The translations under genes and the position numbers were made by a program. Source: Candidatus Delongbacteria bacterium (GTDB lineage: Bacteria > CAIWAD01). Taken from it: 64,000 nucleotides of DNA. The stretch covers positions 3,264,001 through 3,328,000 of the forward strand of contig OY760505.1 in the NCBI GenBank assembly GCA_963663545.1. The letters run 5' to 3'. A model generated the notes under the pieces. The model saw nothing but the letters and a program-made list of their open reading frames with translations, made no database searches and had not been told where the DNA came from. Shown one piece after another: positions 41,408 through 49,327 of this stretch (positions are counted from its first letter, which is position 1; each line of letters begins with the position of its first letter).

Positions 41408-41554
41408 TCAGGAAGCCAGAAAGGCCGCTGCGCTTGTGGGAATGTTTTGTTGCAAGCAGATTGTTCCCCGTTCATCCAACACGCATAGGTACATTGTTTT
41501 CGCATGCAGGTCAATTCCGCATGTGTGACGATGTTGGCCTTGATAGAATCTCAT
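41408..41554 (-). pseudogene. IS110 transposase stub (48 aa)
   Basis: MRFYQGQHRHTCGIDLHAKTMYLCVLDERG...FLAS*, preceded by AGGAGG RBS; GIDLH carries the first DEDD aspartate. Confidence 0.85.
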
Positions 41555-41631
41555 GGTCTCCTCCTGAGTGGGTGATTGTGACTACCCGAAGTATCGGGTC
41601 ACTCGTGAAAGGAGGGGGCCTCTATGAAGAT

Positions 41632-41722
41632 CAAACACTTGCTAATGTCCCACGGCGTGTCGACAGTTGCGTAGCAACTGTAACGACACGCTTCACGGGC
41701 ATTAGGAGTTCAACCGTTAGGC
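41632..41722 (+). other. attC site (right portion)
   Basis: CTAATG(T)CCC...GGGCATTAG imperfect stem with a central hairpin, ending TTCAACC-GTTAGGC. Confidence 0.8.
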
Positions 41723-41767
41723 ACATGTAGCCTCTATACATGACTCTGATGCTGATTGAGGTGGAAC

Positions 41768-42847
41768 ATGTTGAACACATTACTAGACCAGATTATCAGT
41801 CTTCTTCTATCTGCAGGCAGCATTGCTACAACAAAAGATACTAGGAGCTTTGAACACGCTCTTTATGAGATTTCCAACAGTATAAGAGAGCTTGCAGACT
41901 CGATTAATGGACTATCGGGATCAATTATTGCTACTGTTCAAGATGAGCATGAACTTCGCCACTATGGACATCTTAAGACTGCAGTTAGGTCACTGGCTGC
42001 TGCGAGATATGATGCTGTTACTCTAAATGATGCAAGGATTGAACTCGATAGCGCAAGAAAACTTTGTGTGACAGGAGAGTATTGGCTCATTTTCGCAGAG
42101 TATGAGAGGCTATCGGGTAGAGTATCTCATGATACTTTACGCCATGCTTTTGCGTATAGCCGGAGTAATCGTTGTCTTAAGAGAATATGGCTATTAGTCA
42201 TCGATTTGTATTTGTTTAGGATATCAGAAGCCATACAGGACCCTTTGATCCAAGAGATCTTTCCACGATTGGTCGTCGGGCTAGATGAAGTACTCAAATC
42301 GAGTGAGAGTCGGAATAGTTTTGCAGTCCCAATTCTTGAACGTGCGATCCTTAATGAGGAAAATCTGGAGATGTTACGTGTATTCACTCAAAAACCCTAT
42401 GAGGACGCCATCGAAGAATCGAAGTGTATTCTATTATCTACAAAGGATATTCCACAATCAATTGAAGAACTTGAGTTGCCAATTATGTGTGTATCTACAC
42501 CTGTAATTGCTGACAATGAAGTTAATGATCGAGGTCGGGAATTGATCAGTGTGACTCAAGACTTGGAGAGATTGATTGCGAGAAAGACTGAAATATCACA
42601 CTCGATGTCAAAATACTCGTATGGATTTGTATTTCTTTTTTTAGTGATTGCGCTTATACTTTTTGCTTTCGGATTCTGGTTTACTACATGTTTTGTGTGG
42701 AGCTTTATATTCGGAGGTGTTGCGATCATCAGATTTGCGTACGATTTGTTTAAGCGCTTGATATATCGAAAACACATTGTAGAACTGAGAAATCATCAGA
42801 GATTTCTTGAAGAGGAGTGGCAGCTAGCAGTTTCTGAACTCAATTGA
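41768..42847 (+). CDS. Hypothetical cassette protein with two C-terminal TM helices (cassette 2)
   Basis: AT-rich ORF between GTTAGGC (41716) and complementary GCCTAAC (42868-42874). Confidence 0.75.
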   Translation: MLNTLLDQIISLLLSAGSIATTKDTRSFEHALYEISNSIRELADSINGLSGSIIATVQDEHELRHYGHLKTAVRSLAAARYDAVTLNDARIELDSARKLCVTGEYWLIFAEYERLSGRVSHDTLRHAFAYSRSNRCLKRIWLLVIDLYLFRISEAIQDPLIQEIFPRLVVGLDEVLKSSESRNSFAVPILERAILNEENLEMLRVFTQKPYEDAIEESKCILLSTKDIPQSIEELELPIMCVSTPVIADNEVNDRGRELISVTQDLERLIARKTEISHSMSKYSYGFVFLFLVIALILFAFGFWFTTCFVWSFIFGGVAIIRFAYDLFKRLIYRKHIVELRNHQRFLEEEWQLAVSELN

Positions 42848-43016
42848 TCCATGAGTTCAATAATTGCGCCTAACACTTATTATACCCCCACAGCCAATCG
42901 CGCAGAGGTGTTTCTTCTGGTATTCGGCTCATTCACCGACCGACTCCTGGTTGAACCCTCGCCTTGCGATATCGCCCACAAAGCAAAAAAACACAAGTGC
43001 TTGAAAGGAAAAAATC

Positions 43017-43472
43017 ATGAGAGGGTTCAAAGCGATTCAATGCATGGTAATGCTGACCCTTGCCTTTCTGCTTGCGGGATGCGCGACCGTTCAAATGGCG
43101 CCGGATAGCGCTGACCTTGAGGCAAAGCGATTTGAGAAGTCGGAGGAGATGTCCAGGATTTACCTGTACAGGGGGTGGTTCGCTACCGCAATCGTCTTTC
43201 ATTTGACCCTCGACGGTGAACTGATTGGCAACATTGCCCCGAACACCTACCACATGATCGAAGTCGAGCCTGGGCACCATCTGATTTCGGTGAGCTCCAA
43301 CGAGAACATCGACTACATCGAAATCGATACCGCCAAAGGCGAAAACCTGTACGTCAAGGTCAGCGCAGCCATGGGCATGATGTCCGCCAGAGCACAGCTG
43401 ACCATCGAATCCGAAGCCATGGCCAAGTCGGCCATCAGCGGCTACAAGCGCGCGCAAAGCATGCTTCAGTGA
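43017..43472 (+). CDS. DUF2846-like lipoprotein
   Basis: Lipobox LAGC; SRIYLYR...LDGELIG...EVEPGHH. Confidence 0.75.
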   Translation: MRGFKAIQCMVMLTLAFLLAGCATVQMAPDSADLEAKRFEKSEEMSRIYLYRGWFATAIVFHLTLDGELIGNIAPNTYHMIEVEPGHHLISVSSNENIDYIEIDTAKGENLYVKVSAAMGMMSARAQLTIESEAMAKSAISGYKRAQSMLQ

Positions 43473-43791
43473 TGTTCTGGATGCGAGGGCCTGTTGCCGC
43501 GTTGCCACGTTCTGCACTTCAACGCATGGCAGCAGGCCCTTACTGAACCTGCCCGCACTTCGCGATAGTGCACGAATACCGATGATGATCAATAAGATCC
43601 AGACAAGATGTCTCTCTTTAGACATATGACGAATCCGCATTTCCATCCCTAGAGAAGAAGCCGCCAGCCTCCTCGTCACAGCAATTGCCCACCCTCACCC
43701 TTGTCGCAGCAACGATGCAGCAACAACCCACCCTTGCGGCAGCCTCGTCGCAGTGCCAAAGCTCCATCTGAATCGGCGGGAGCGCGAGAAA

Positions 43792-43844
43792 GTGTCAAAA
43801 ATTTGACAAGCCCCCTTGACTCTCAGGAGGCGAAACGATAGAAT
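43792..43844 (+). promoter_or_regulatory. Rex-like operator and sigma70 promoter
   Basis: GTGTCAA-N4-TTGACAA (43792-43809); TTGACT(43816)-17 bp-TAGAAT(43839). Confidence 0.7.
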
Positions 43845-43904
43845 TCAATCGATACGAAAATAACGATAACTGGATATCGAATGCGAATCAAGGAGGCCTT
43901 TCTG

Positions 43905-44543
43905 ATGGACGATAAGCTGGTCAAGTATTCCGCGCCGGTCCTCAGACGGCTGCCCATGTACCACCACTTCCTGCAGCAGCTCAAGCACCAAGGGCTCACT
44001 ACCATCTCGGCTGCGGTTCTCGCCAAGCATTTCAACCTGGACGGCATCATCGTGCGCAAAGACTTGGCGCTCACCGGCTCGGTGGGCAAGCCGCGCGTGG
44101 GCTTCGAAATCGCCGGACTCATCAAAACCATCGAAGAATACCTGGGCTGGAACAAACTCAATCGCGGAGTGCTGGTGGGCTGCGGAAACCTGGGCAAAGC
44201 GCTTCTGGGCTACGAGGGATTCTCGCAGAACGGCTTCAACATTGACGCCGTCTTCGACAGCGATCCGCTGCTGGTGGGCACCCAGGTGCACGGCAAGGAG
44301 GTGCTGCCGCTGTCCAAGTTGCCCAACCTCTGCCTGCGCATGCACACCGAAATCGGCATTCTCACCGTGCCTTCCAGCCAGGCCCAGTCAGTGGCCGAGC
44401 TGATGGTGGAGGGCGGCATCAAGGGCATCTGGAACTTCTCGCCTTCGGGCCTCAATGTGCCGCGGGGCATTGCCGTGCTGCAGCAAAGTCTTGCGGGATC
44501 GCTGGCCGTGCTTGTGAAGCAGGTGGAAGACATTAAAAAATAA
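43905..44543 (+). CDS. rex: Redox-sensing repressor Rex
   Basis: RRLPMY, VRKDL, VGCGNLGKALL, IKGIWNF; AGGAGG RBS. Confidence 0.93.
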   Translation: MDDKLVKYSAPVLRRLPMYHHFLQQLKHQGLTTISAAVLAKHFNLDGIIVRKDLALTGSVGKPRVGFEIAGLIKTIEEYLGWNKLNRGVLVGCGNLGKALLGYEGFSQNGFNIDAVFDSDPLLVGTQVHGKEVLPLSKLPNLCLRMHTEIGILTVPSSQAQSVAELMVEGGIKGIWNFSPSGLNVPRGIAVLQQSLAGSLAVLVKQVEDIKK

Positions 44544-44561
44544 CCTCTTTCAGGAGTCGAT

Positions 44562-45071
44562 ATGTGTCACTGCCACAATAAACAGACGCAGGAATTGCGC
44601 AAGTTCGAGAAGGTGCTCCAGATCCTCGAGAAGTACGAGCACCAGGACTCTAAGCTGATTCCCATTCTGCAGGAAGTGCAGCACGAGTACCGCTACCTAC
44701 CCGAAGAAGTGCTGGCCTTCATCGCCACCGGGCTCAAGCTCAGTCCCGCGCGCGTCTACGGCGTGGCCACCTTCTATTCGCACTTTGCGCTGACGCCCAA
44801 GGGCAAGTACGTCATTCGCTTGTGCGACGGCACCGCCTGCCACGTCAAGGATTCCCTCGAGATTCACGAGGCGCTGCAGAAGCACCTGGGACTGGAGGAA
44901 GGCAAGGAGACGACCCCCGACCTGCTCTTCACTCTGGAGCTCGTTTCCTGCCTGGGCGCCTGCGGCCTGGCGCCGGTGATGGTGATCAACGAGGACGTCT
45001 ACGGACAGGTGACGCCGCAACGGGCCGTGGAATTGGTGAACGAGATTCGCAGCCGCGAGGAGGGCAACTAG
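44562..45071 (+). CDS. hydC: Bifurcating hydrogenase 2Fe-2S subunit (NuoE-like)
   Basis: CDGTACH...CLGACGLAP. Confidence 0.9.
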   Translation: MCHCHNKQTQELRKFEKVLQILEKYEHQDSKLIPILQEVQHEYRYLPEEVLAFIATGLKLSPARVYGVATFYSHFALTPKGKYVIRLCDGTACHVKDSLEIHEALQKHLGLEEGKETTPDLLFTLELVSCLGACGLAPVMVINEDVYGQVTPQRAVELVNEIRSREEGN

Positions 45072-45072
45072 C

Positions 45073-46962
45073 ATGAAAACGACCGACCTGAACCAGCTCG
45101 CAGCTTCGTATGAAAACAAGAGCGGGCGCGTTTCCCGCCGGGTGGTAATTTGCGCGGGCACCGGTTGCGTGGCCAGCGGCGCGTTGGTGATCCATCAGCA
45201 GCTGCAGGATCTGCTCAAGAAGGAAGGTCTTCCGGTGGCCGTCGATCTGCGCAAGGAAGAGCCGGAAGAGGGCGCCGTGCACGTTTCCGGCAGCGGCTGT
45301 CAGGGCTTCTGCCAAATGGGACCGCTGCTGAGCATCGAGCCCGACGGCATCCTTTACGTCAAGGTAAAGCCCGAGGACGTGGCGGAAATCGTCGAGCGAA
45401 CTCTGAAGCAGGGCGAGCTGATCGAGCGACTGCTCTACGTCGATCAGGCCAGCCACCGCCAGTGCAAGGGCAAAAGGGAGATTCCCTTCTACGCCCGCCA
45501 GGAGCGCCACACCCTGAAGAATTGCGGCATGGTGGACCCCGGCGACATTGCCGAATACGTCCACACGCGCGGCTACTTCGCGGCGCAAAAGGCGATTCTG
45601 GAGATGCAGCCAGCGGAAGTCTGCGCCGAGCTGAAGGAATCGGGGTTGCGCGGACGCGGCGGCGGCGGCTTCCTCACCGGTCGCAAGCTGGAGATGGCGC
45701 TGGCCCAGCCGGGCGGCAAGAAATACATCATCTGTAACGGCGACGAGGGCGACCCGGGTGCGTTCATGGATCGCAGTGTAATGGAGGGCAACCCCCACAG
45801 CGTCATCGAGGGCATGATGATCGCCGGTCGTGCCGTGGGCGCCGACGAGGGCTATGTCTACGTGCGTACCGAATACCCACTGGCGGTGGAGCGCATGAAG
45901 TACGCGGTGCGCGAGGCCGAGGCCGAGGGCATTCTGGGCGACGGCATCTTCGGCAGCAATTTCTCCTTCCGCATTCACGTGATGGAGGGCGCGGGCGCCT
46001 TTGTCTGCGGCGAAGAGACCGCGCTGATGAGCTCCATTCAGGGGCGGCGCGGCATGCCCAATCCCAAACCGCCTTTCCCGGCGCAGAGCGGTCTGTGGGA
46101 GAAGCCGACGGTGATCAACAACGTGGAGACCCTTTCCACCATTCCGCTGATTCTGCTGCAGGGCGCGGCCGAGTTCCGCAAACTGGGCACGGCGGGTTCG
46201 CCCGGCACGAAGACCTTCGCGCTTACCGGCCACGTGGCCAATACGGGACTGATCGAGGTTCCCTTTGGCACGACGCTGCGCGAGATCGTCTTCAACATCG
46301 GCGGCGGAGTCACCGGCAAGGGGGGCGAAGTGGACGAGCGTCACTTCAAGGCCGTGCAGATCGGCGGTCCTTCGGGCGGCTGCCTGACCCGCGATCATCT
46401 GGACATTCCCATGGATTTCGATTCGCTGCAGAGCATCGGCGCCATGGTGGGCTCCGGCGGTCTGGTGGTGATGAATCAGGATACCTGCATCCTGCAGGTA
46501 GCGCGCTTCTTCATGCAATTTGCGCAGAACGAATCCTGCGGCAAGTGCGTGCCCTGTCGCGAAGGCACGCGCCAGATGCTGGCCATGCTGGACGAGATCA
46601 TCGAGGGGCGTGGCAGCGACGAACTGCTCCACGATCTGGAGGAGCTGGCCCGTGCGGTCTGCAAGAGCTCGCTCTGCGGCCTGGGCAAGACGGCGCCTAA
46701 TCCGGTGCTGTCCACGCTGACCTACTTCCGCGACGAAGTCATGGCACACGTACACGACCAGAAGTGCCCAGCGGGCAAGTGCGCGGCGCTGCGGACGCTG
46801 ACGATTGATCCAGTGAAGTGTCGCGGCTGCACCCTTTGCGTGCGCAAGTGTCCGGTGGACGCCATCAGCGGCGAGCGCAAACAGCCGCACGTGATCGATA
46901 CCAGCCTGTGCATCAAGTGCGGCGCCTGCATCGAAGCCTGCAAGTTCAACGCGATCGCCTAG
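45073..46962 (+). CDS. hydB: Bifurcating hydrogenase NADH/FMN subunit (NuoF-like)
   Basis: GLRGRGGGGF, NGDEGDPG, GAFVCGEETA, ESCGKCVPCREG, C-terminal 2x[4Fe-4S]. Confidence 0.93.
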   Translation: MKTTDLNQLAASYENKSGRVSRRVVICAGTGCVASGALVIHQQLQDLLKKEGLPVAVDLRKEEPEEGAVHVSGSGCQGFCQMGPLLSIEPDGILYVKVKPEDVAEIVERTLKQGELIERLLYVDQASHRQCKGKREIPFYARQERHTLKNCGMVDPGDIAEYVHTRGYFAAQKAILEMQPAEVCAELKESGLRGRGGGGFLTGRKLEMALAQPGGKKYIICNGDEGDPGAFMDRSVMEGNPHSVIEGMMIAGRAVGADEGYVYVRTEYPLAVERMKYAVREAEAEGILGDGIFGSNFSFRIHVMEGAGAFVCGEETALMSSIQGRRGMPNPKPPFPAQSGLWEKPTVINNVETLSTIPLILLQGAAEFRKLGTAGSPGTKTFALTGHVANTGLIEVPFGTTLREIVFNIGGGVTGKGGEVDERHFKAVQIGGPSGGCLTRDHLDIPMDFDSLQSIGAMVGSGGLVVMNQDTCILQVARFFMQFAQNESCGKCVPCREGTRQMLAMLDEIIEGRGSDELLHDLEELARAVCKSSLCGLGKTAPNPVLSTLTYFRDEVMAHVHDQKCPAGKCAALRTLTIDPVKCRGCTLCVRKCPVDAISGERKQPHVIDTSLCIKCGACIEACKFNAIA

Positions 46963-46975
46963 AGGAGAAAGCCTC

Positions 46976-49000
46976 ATGAGCAACATCAATTCCAATAGCG
47001 CCCACGAGAAGACGATGATCCTCGACGGCCGCAAAGTGCGCTTCAACGACGAGCGCAACGTGCTGGAAGTGGCGCGCAAGAGCGGCATCGACATTCCCAC
47101 CTTCTGCTACCATTCGGAGCTGAGCGTCTACGGCGCCTGCCGCCTCTGCCTGGTGGACATCGAAGGCCGAGGCATCGTGACGTCCTGTTCCACCAAGCCC
47201 GAGGAGGGCATGGTAGTGCGCACCAACACCGCCGAAATCCGCGACATCCGCCGCATCAACGTGGAGTTGTTGCTGGCCAGTCACGAGCGCGAGTGCACCA
47301 CCTGCGGCAAAAGCGGAGCCTGCTCGCTACAGAGCCTGGCCCGTAAAATGGGCATCGATCGCATTCGCTACCAGAGTACGCGGCGTGAGGCCCTGGTCGA
47401 TCGCTCCTCGCCCTGTCTGGTGCACGACCCCAACAAGTGCGTGCTCTGCGGCGACTGCGTGCGCTTTTGCGACGAGATTCAGGGCATCGGCGCCATCGAC
47501 TTCGCCTTCCGTGGAGCCAAGGCTCAGGTCGGACCGGCCTTCGGCAAGCTGCTGAACGAGGTCGAATGCGTGGGCTGCGGCCAGTGCGCGCGCGTGTGCC
47601 CCACCGGTGCCCTGGTGCCCAAGCCGGAGATCGCCGAAGTCTGGCAGAAGCTCGACGAGCCCGATCGCAAGGTAGTGGTGCAAATCGCCCCCGCCATTCG
47701 CGTGGCCCTGGGCGAGCACTTCGGCGTGGAGGCAAGCGCCATCACCACCGGACGCATCGTTACCGCGCTCAAAATGCTGGGCTTCGATCAGGTCTACGAC
47801 ACCAGCTTTACCGCCGACATGACGGTGCTGGAGGAAAGCAAGGAGTTCCTCAAACGCCACGCGGCGGGCGAGGAACTGCCGCTCTTCACTTCCTGCTGTC
47901 CGTCCTGGGTCAAGTTCGCCGAGCAGTACTTCCCCGAGCTGCTGGACAATGTCTCCAGCTGCCGCAGTCCGCAGCAGATGTTCGGCAGTCTGGCCAAGGT
48001 CATGCTGCCCGAGATGCTCAACGTCCCCGTCGACAAGCTGACGGTGGTTTCCATCATGCCCTGCACCGCCAAGAAGTTCGAGGCCAAGCGTCCGGAGTTC
48101 AGCACCGAGGAGCGTGGCGCCGATGTGGATCACGTCATCACCACCAACGAGCTGGCGCAGATGATCGAGCAGGCGGGCATCGATTTCCATCGTCTGGAGC
48201 AGAGCGCTTTTGATCTGCCGATGGGCTTCAAAACCGGCGCGGGTATGATCTTTGGTGCCTCCGGCGGTGTGACGCAGGCCGTGCTGCGGTTCGCTCTGGA
48301 TCAGGTCAACGGCCAGAAGGCGACTTCGGCCGACTTCGCCGACGCCCGTGAGCTCAGGGGCGTGCGCGAGCTGGAAGTGGAGCTGGGCGGCAAGCCGGTG
48401 CGCTTCGCCATCGTCTTTGGTCTGGCCAATGCGCGCAAGCTCTGCGAGCAGGTCCGGGCTGGCGAGTGCAAGTATGATTTTGTCGAAGTGATGGCCTGCC
48501 CCGGCGGCTGCATCAACGGAGCCGGACAGCCAGCGGCTTACGATTTCGAACTCATCAAGCGCCGCGGCCAGAGTTTGTATCAGGTGGACGATTCGCTGCA
48601 GCTGCACAAAGCGCAGGATAATCCCTACGTCCATCGTGCCTACGAGAAGGTGATGGACGAAATCGGCGGTCCGCGCGCCCACGAGCTTCTGCATACGCAT
48701 TACAAGAACCGCAAGCGCATTGCAGGCGGTGGCCTGAGTCTGCTGAGCGGCAGCGGCGAGGCGGTCAGCGTTGAAGTCTGCATGGGCACCAACTGCTACC
48801 TGAAGGGTTCGCACGACGTGCTGCGCGGTTTGATGAAGCACGCCGAGAGCCATGAACTGCAGGATCGCATTCAGGTGAAAACCGCCTTCTGCTTCGAACG
48901 CTGCGGCCAATCGCCCAACGTGATGATCGGCGGCAAGCTGGTCTCGGGGTGCACGCTGGAGAAGGCCGTGGCCGAGCTCGAAGAGGCGCTGAAGAAGTAA
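46976..49000 (+). CDS. hydA: [FeFe]-hydrogenase catalytic subunit (group A3-like) with C-terminal 2Fe-2S domain
   Basis: H-cluster motifs TSCCPSW, MPCTAKKFE, EVMACPGGCINGAG. Confidence 0.95.
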   Translation: MSNINSNSAHEKTMILDGRKVRFNDERNVLEVARKSGIDIPTFCYHSELSVYGACRLCLVDIEGRGIVTSCSTKPEEGMVVRTNTAEIRDIRRINVELLLASHERECTTCGKSGACSLQSLARKMGIDRIRYQSTRREALVDRSSPCLVHDPNKCVLCGDCVRFCDEIQGIGAIDFAFRGAKAQVGPAFGKLLNEVECVGCGQCARVCPTGALVPKPEIAEVWQKLDEPDRKVVVQIAPAIRVALGEHFGVEASAITTGRIVTALKMLGFDQVYDTSFTADMTVLEESKEFLKRHAAGEELPLFTSCCPSWVKFAEQYFPELLDNVSSCRSPQQMFGSLAKVMLPEMLNVPVDKLTVVSIMPCTAKKFEAKRPEFSTEERGADVDHVITTNELAQMIEQAGIDFHRLEQSAFDLPMGFKTGAGMIFGASGGVTQAVLRFALDQVNGQKATSADFADARELRGVRELEVELGGKPVRFAIVFGLANARKLCEQVRAGECKYDFVEVMACPGGCINGAGQPAAYDFELIKRRGQSLYQVDDSLQLHKAQDNPYVHRAYEKVMDEIGGPRAHELLHTHYKNRKRIAGGGLSLLSGSGEAVSVEVCMGTNCYLKGSHDVLRGLMKHAESHELQDRIQVKTAFCFERCGQSPNVMIGGKLVSGCTLEKAVAELEEALKK

Positions 49001-49066
49001 CCAAACTCCCTTTGCCGGAGGTCGTGCCCCTGTGCGGCCTCCGGTGATACAAAAGGCCGGTGGCAC

Positions 49067-49327
49067 ATGGATCAGCACCTGACCATCACACTTTGTCTGG
49101 GAAGCTCCTGCTTCACTCGCGGCAACAACAAAATCCTGGCCATTCTGCAGAAGCACATCGCCGAGCATGAGCTGGGAGAACGCGTTTTCCTGCGGGGACA
49201 ACTCTGCGAAGAGAAATGCCAACGCGGGCCGCGCATGAGCATCAACGACACGGTGTACGAGCACATCAATCCCGACACCGTGCTCGACATTCTGCACCAC
49301 CACCTGGAAGCGGAGGTCAAACCATGA
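49067..49327 (+). CDS. Thioredoxin-like 2Fe-2S ferredoxin (HfsA-like)
   Basis: CLGSSCFTRGN...LCEEKCQRGP. Confidence 0.85.
   Translation: MDQHLTITLCLGSSCFTRGNNKILAILQKHIAEHELGERVFLRGQLCEEKCQRGPRMSINDTVYEHINPDTVLDILHHHLEAEVKP

Larger units (their letters stand above)
41100..41633 (-). mobile_element. Internally deleted IS110/IS1111-family element inserted in attC
   Basis: 9-bp sub-terminal IRs GAGGCCCCC (41107-41115)/GGGGGCCTC (41614-41622); transposase N-terminal stub; ~300-bp structured 3' non-coding region; outward TTGACA near the right end. Confidence 0.8.
40409..41715 (+). mobile_element. Integron gene cassette 1 (attC interrupted by a mini-IS110)
   Basis: Starts GTTAGCTAGCA; complementary TGCTAGCTAAC at 41090-41100; attC remainder 41632-41722. 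Confidence 0.8.

Noticed and set aside
41100..41633. Group IIC-attC intron as the attC insert
   Set aside because: No GTGCG 5' end at the boundary and no RT remnant; the coding stub is IS110-like
41398..41730. 110-aa plus-strand ORF
   Set aside because: Spans the IS left end and attC antisense to the transposase stub; likely spurious
44986..49303. Long minus-strand ORFs (704 aa and 658 aa)
   Set aside because: Antisense shadows of GC-rich hydB/hydA with no recognisable motifs
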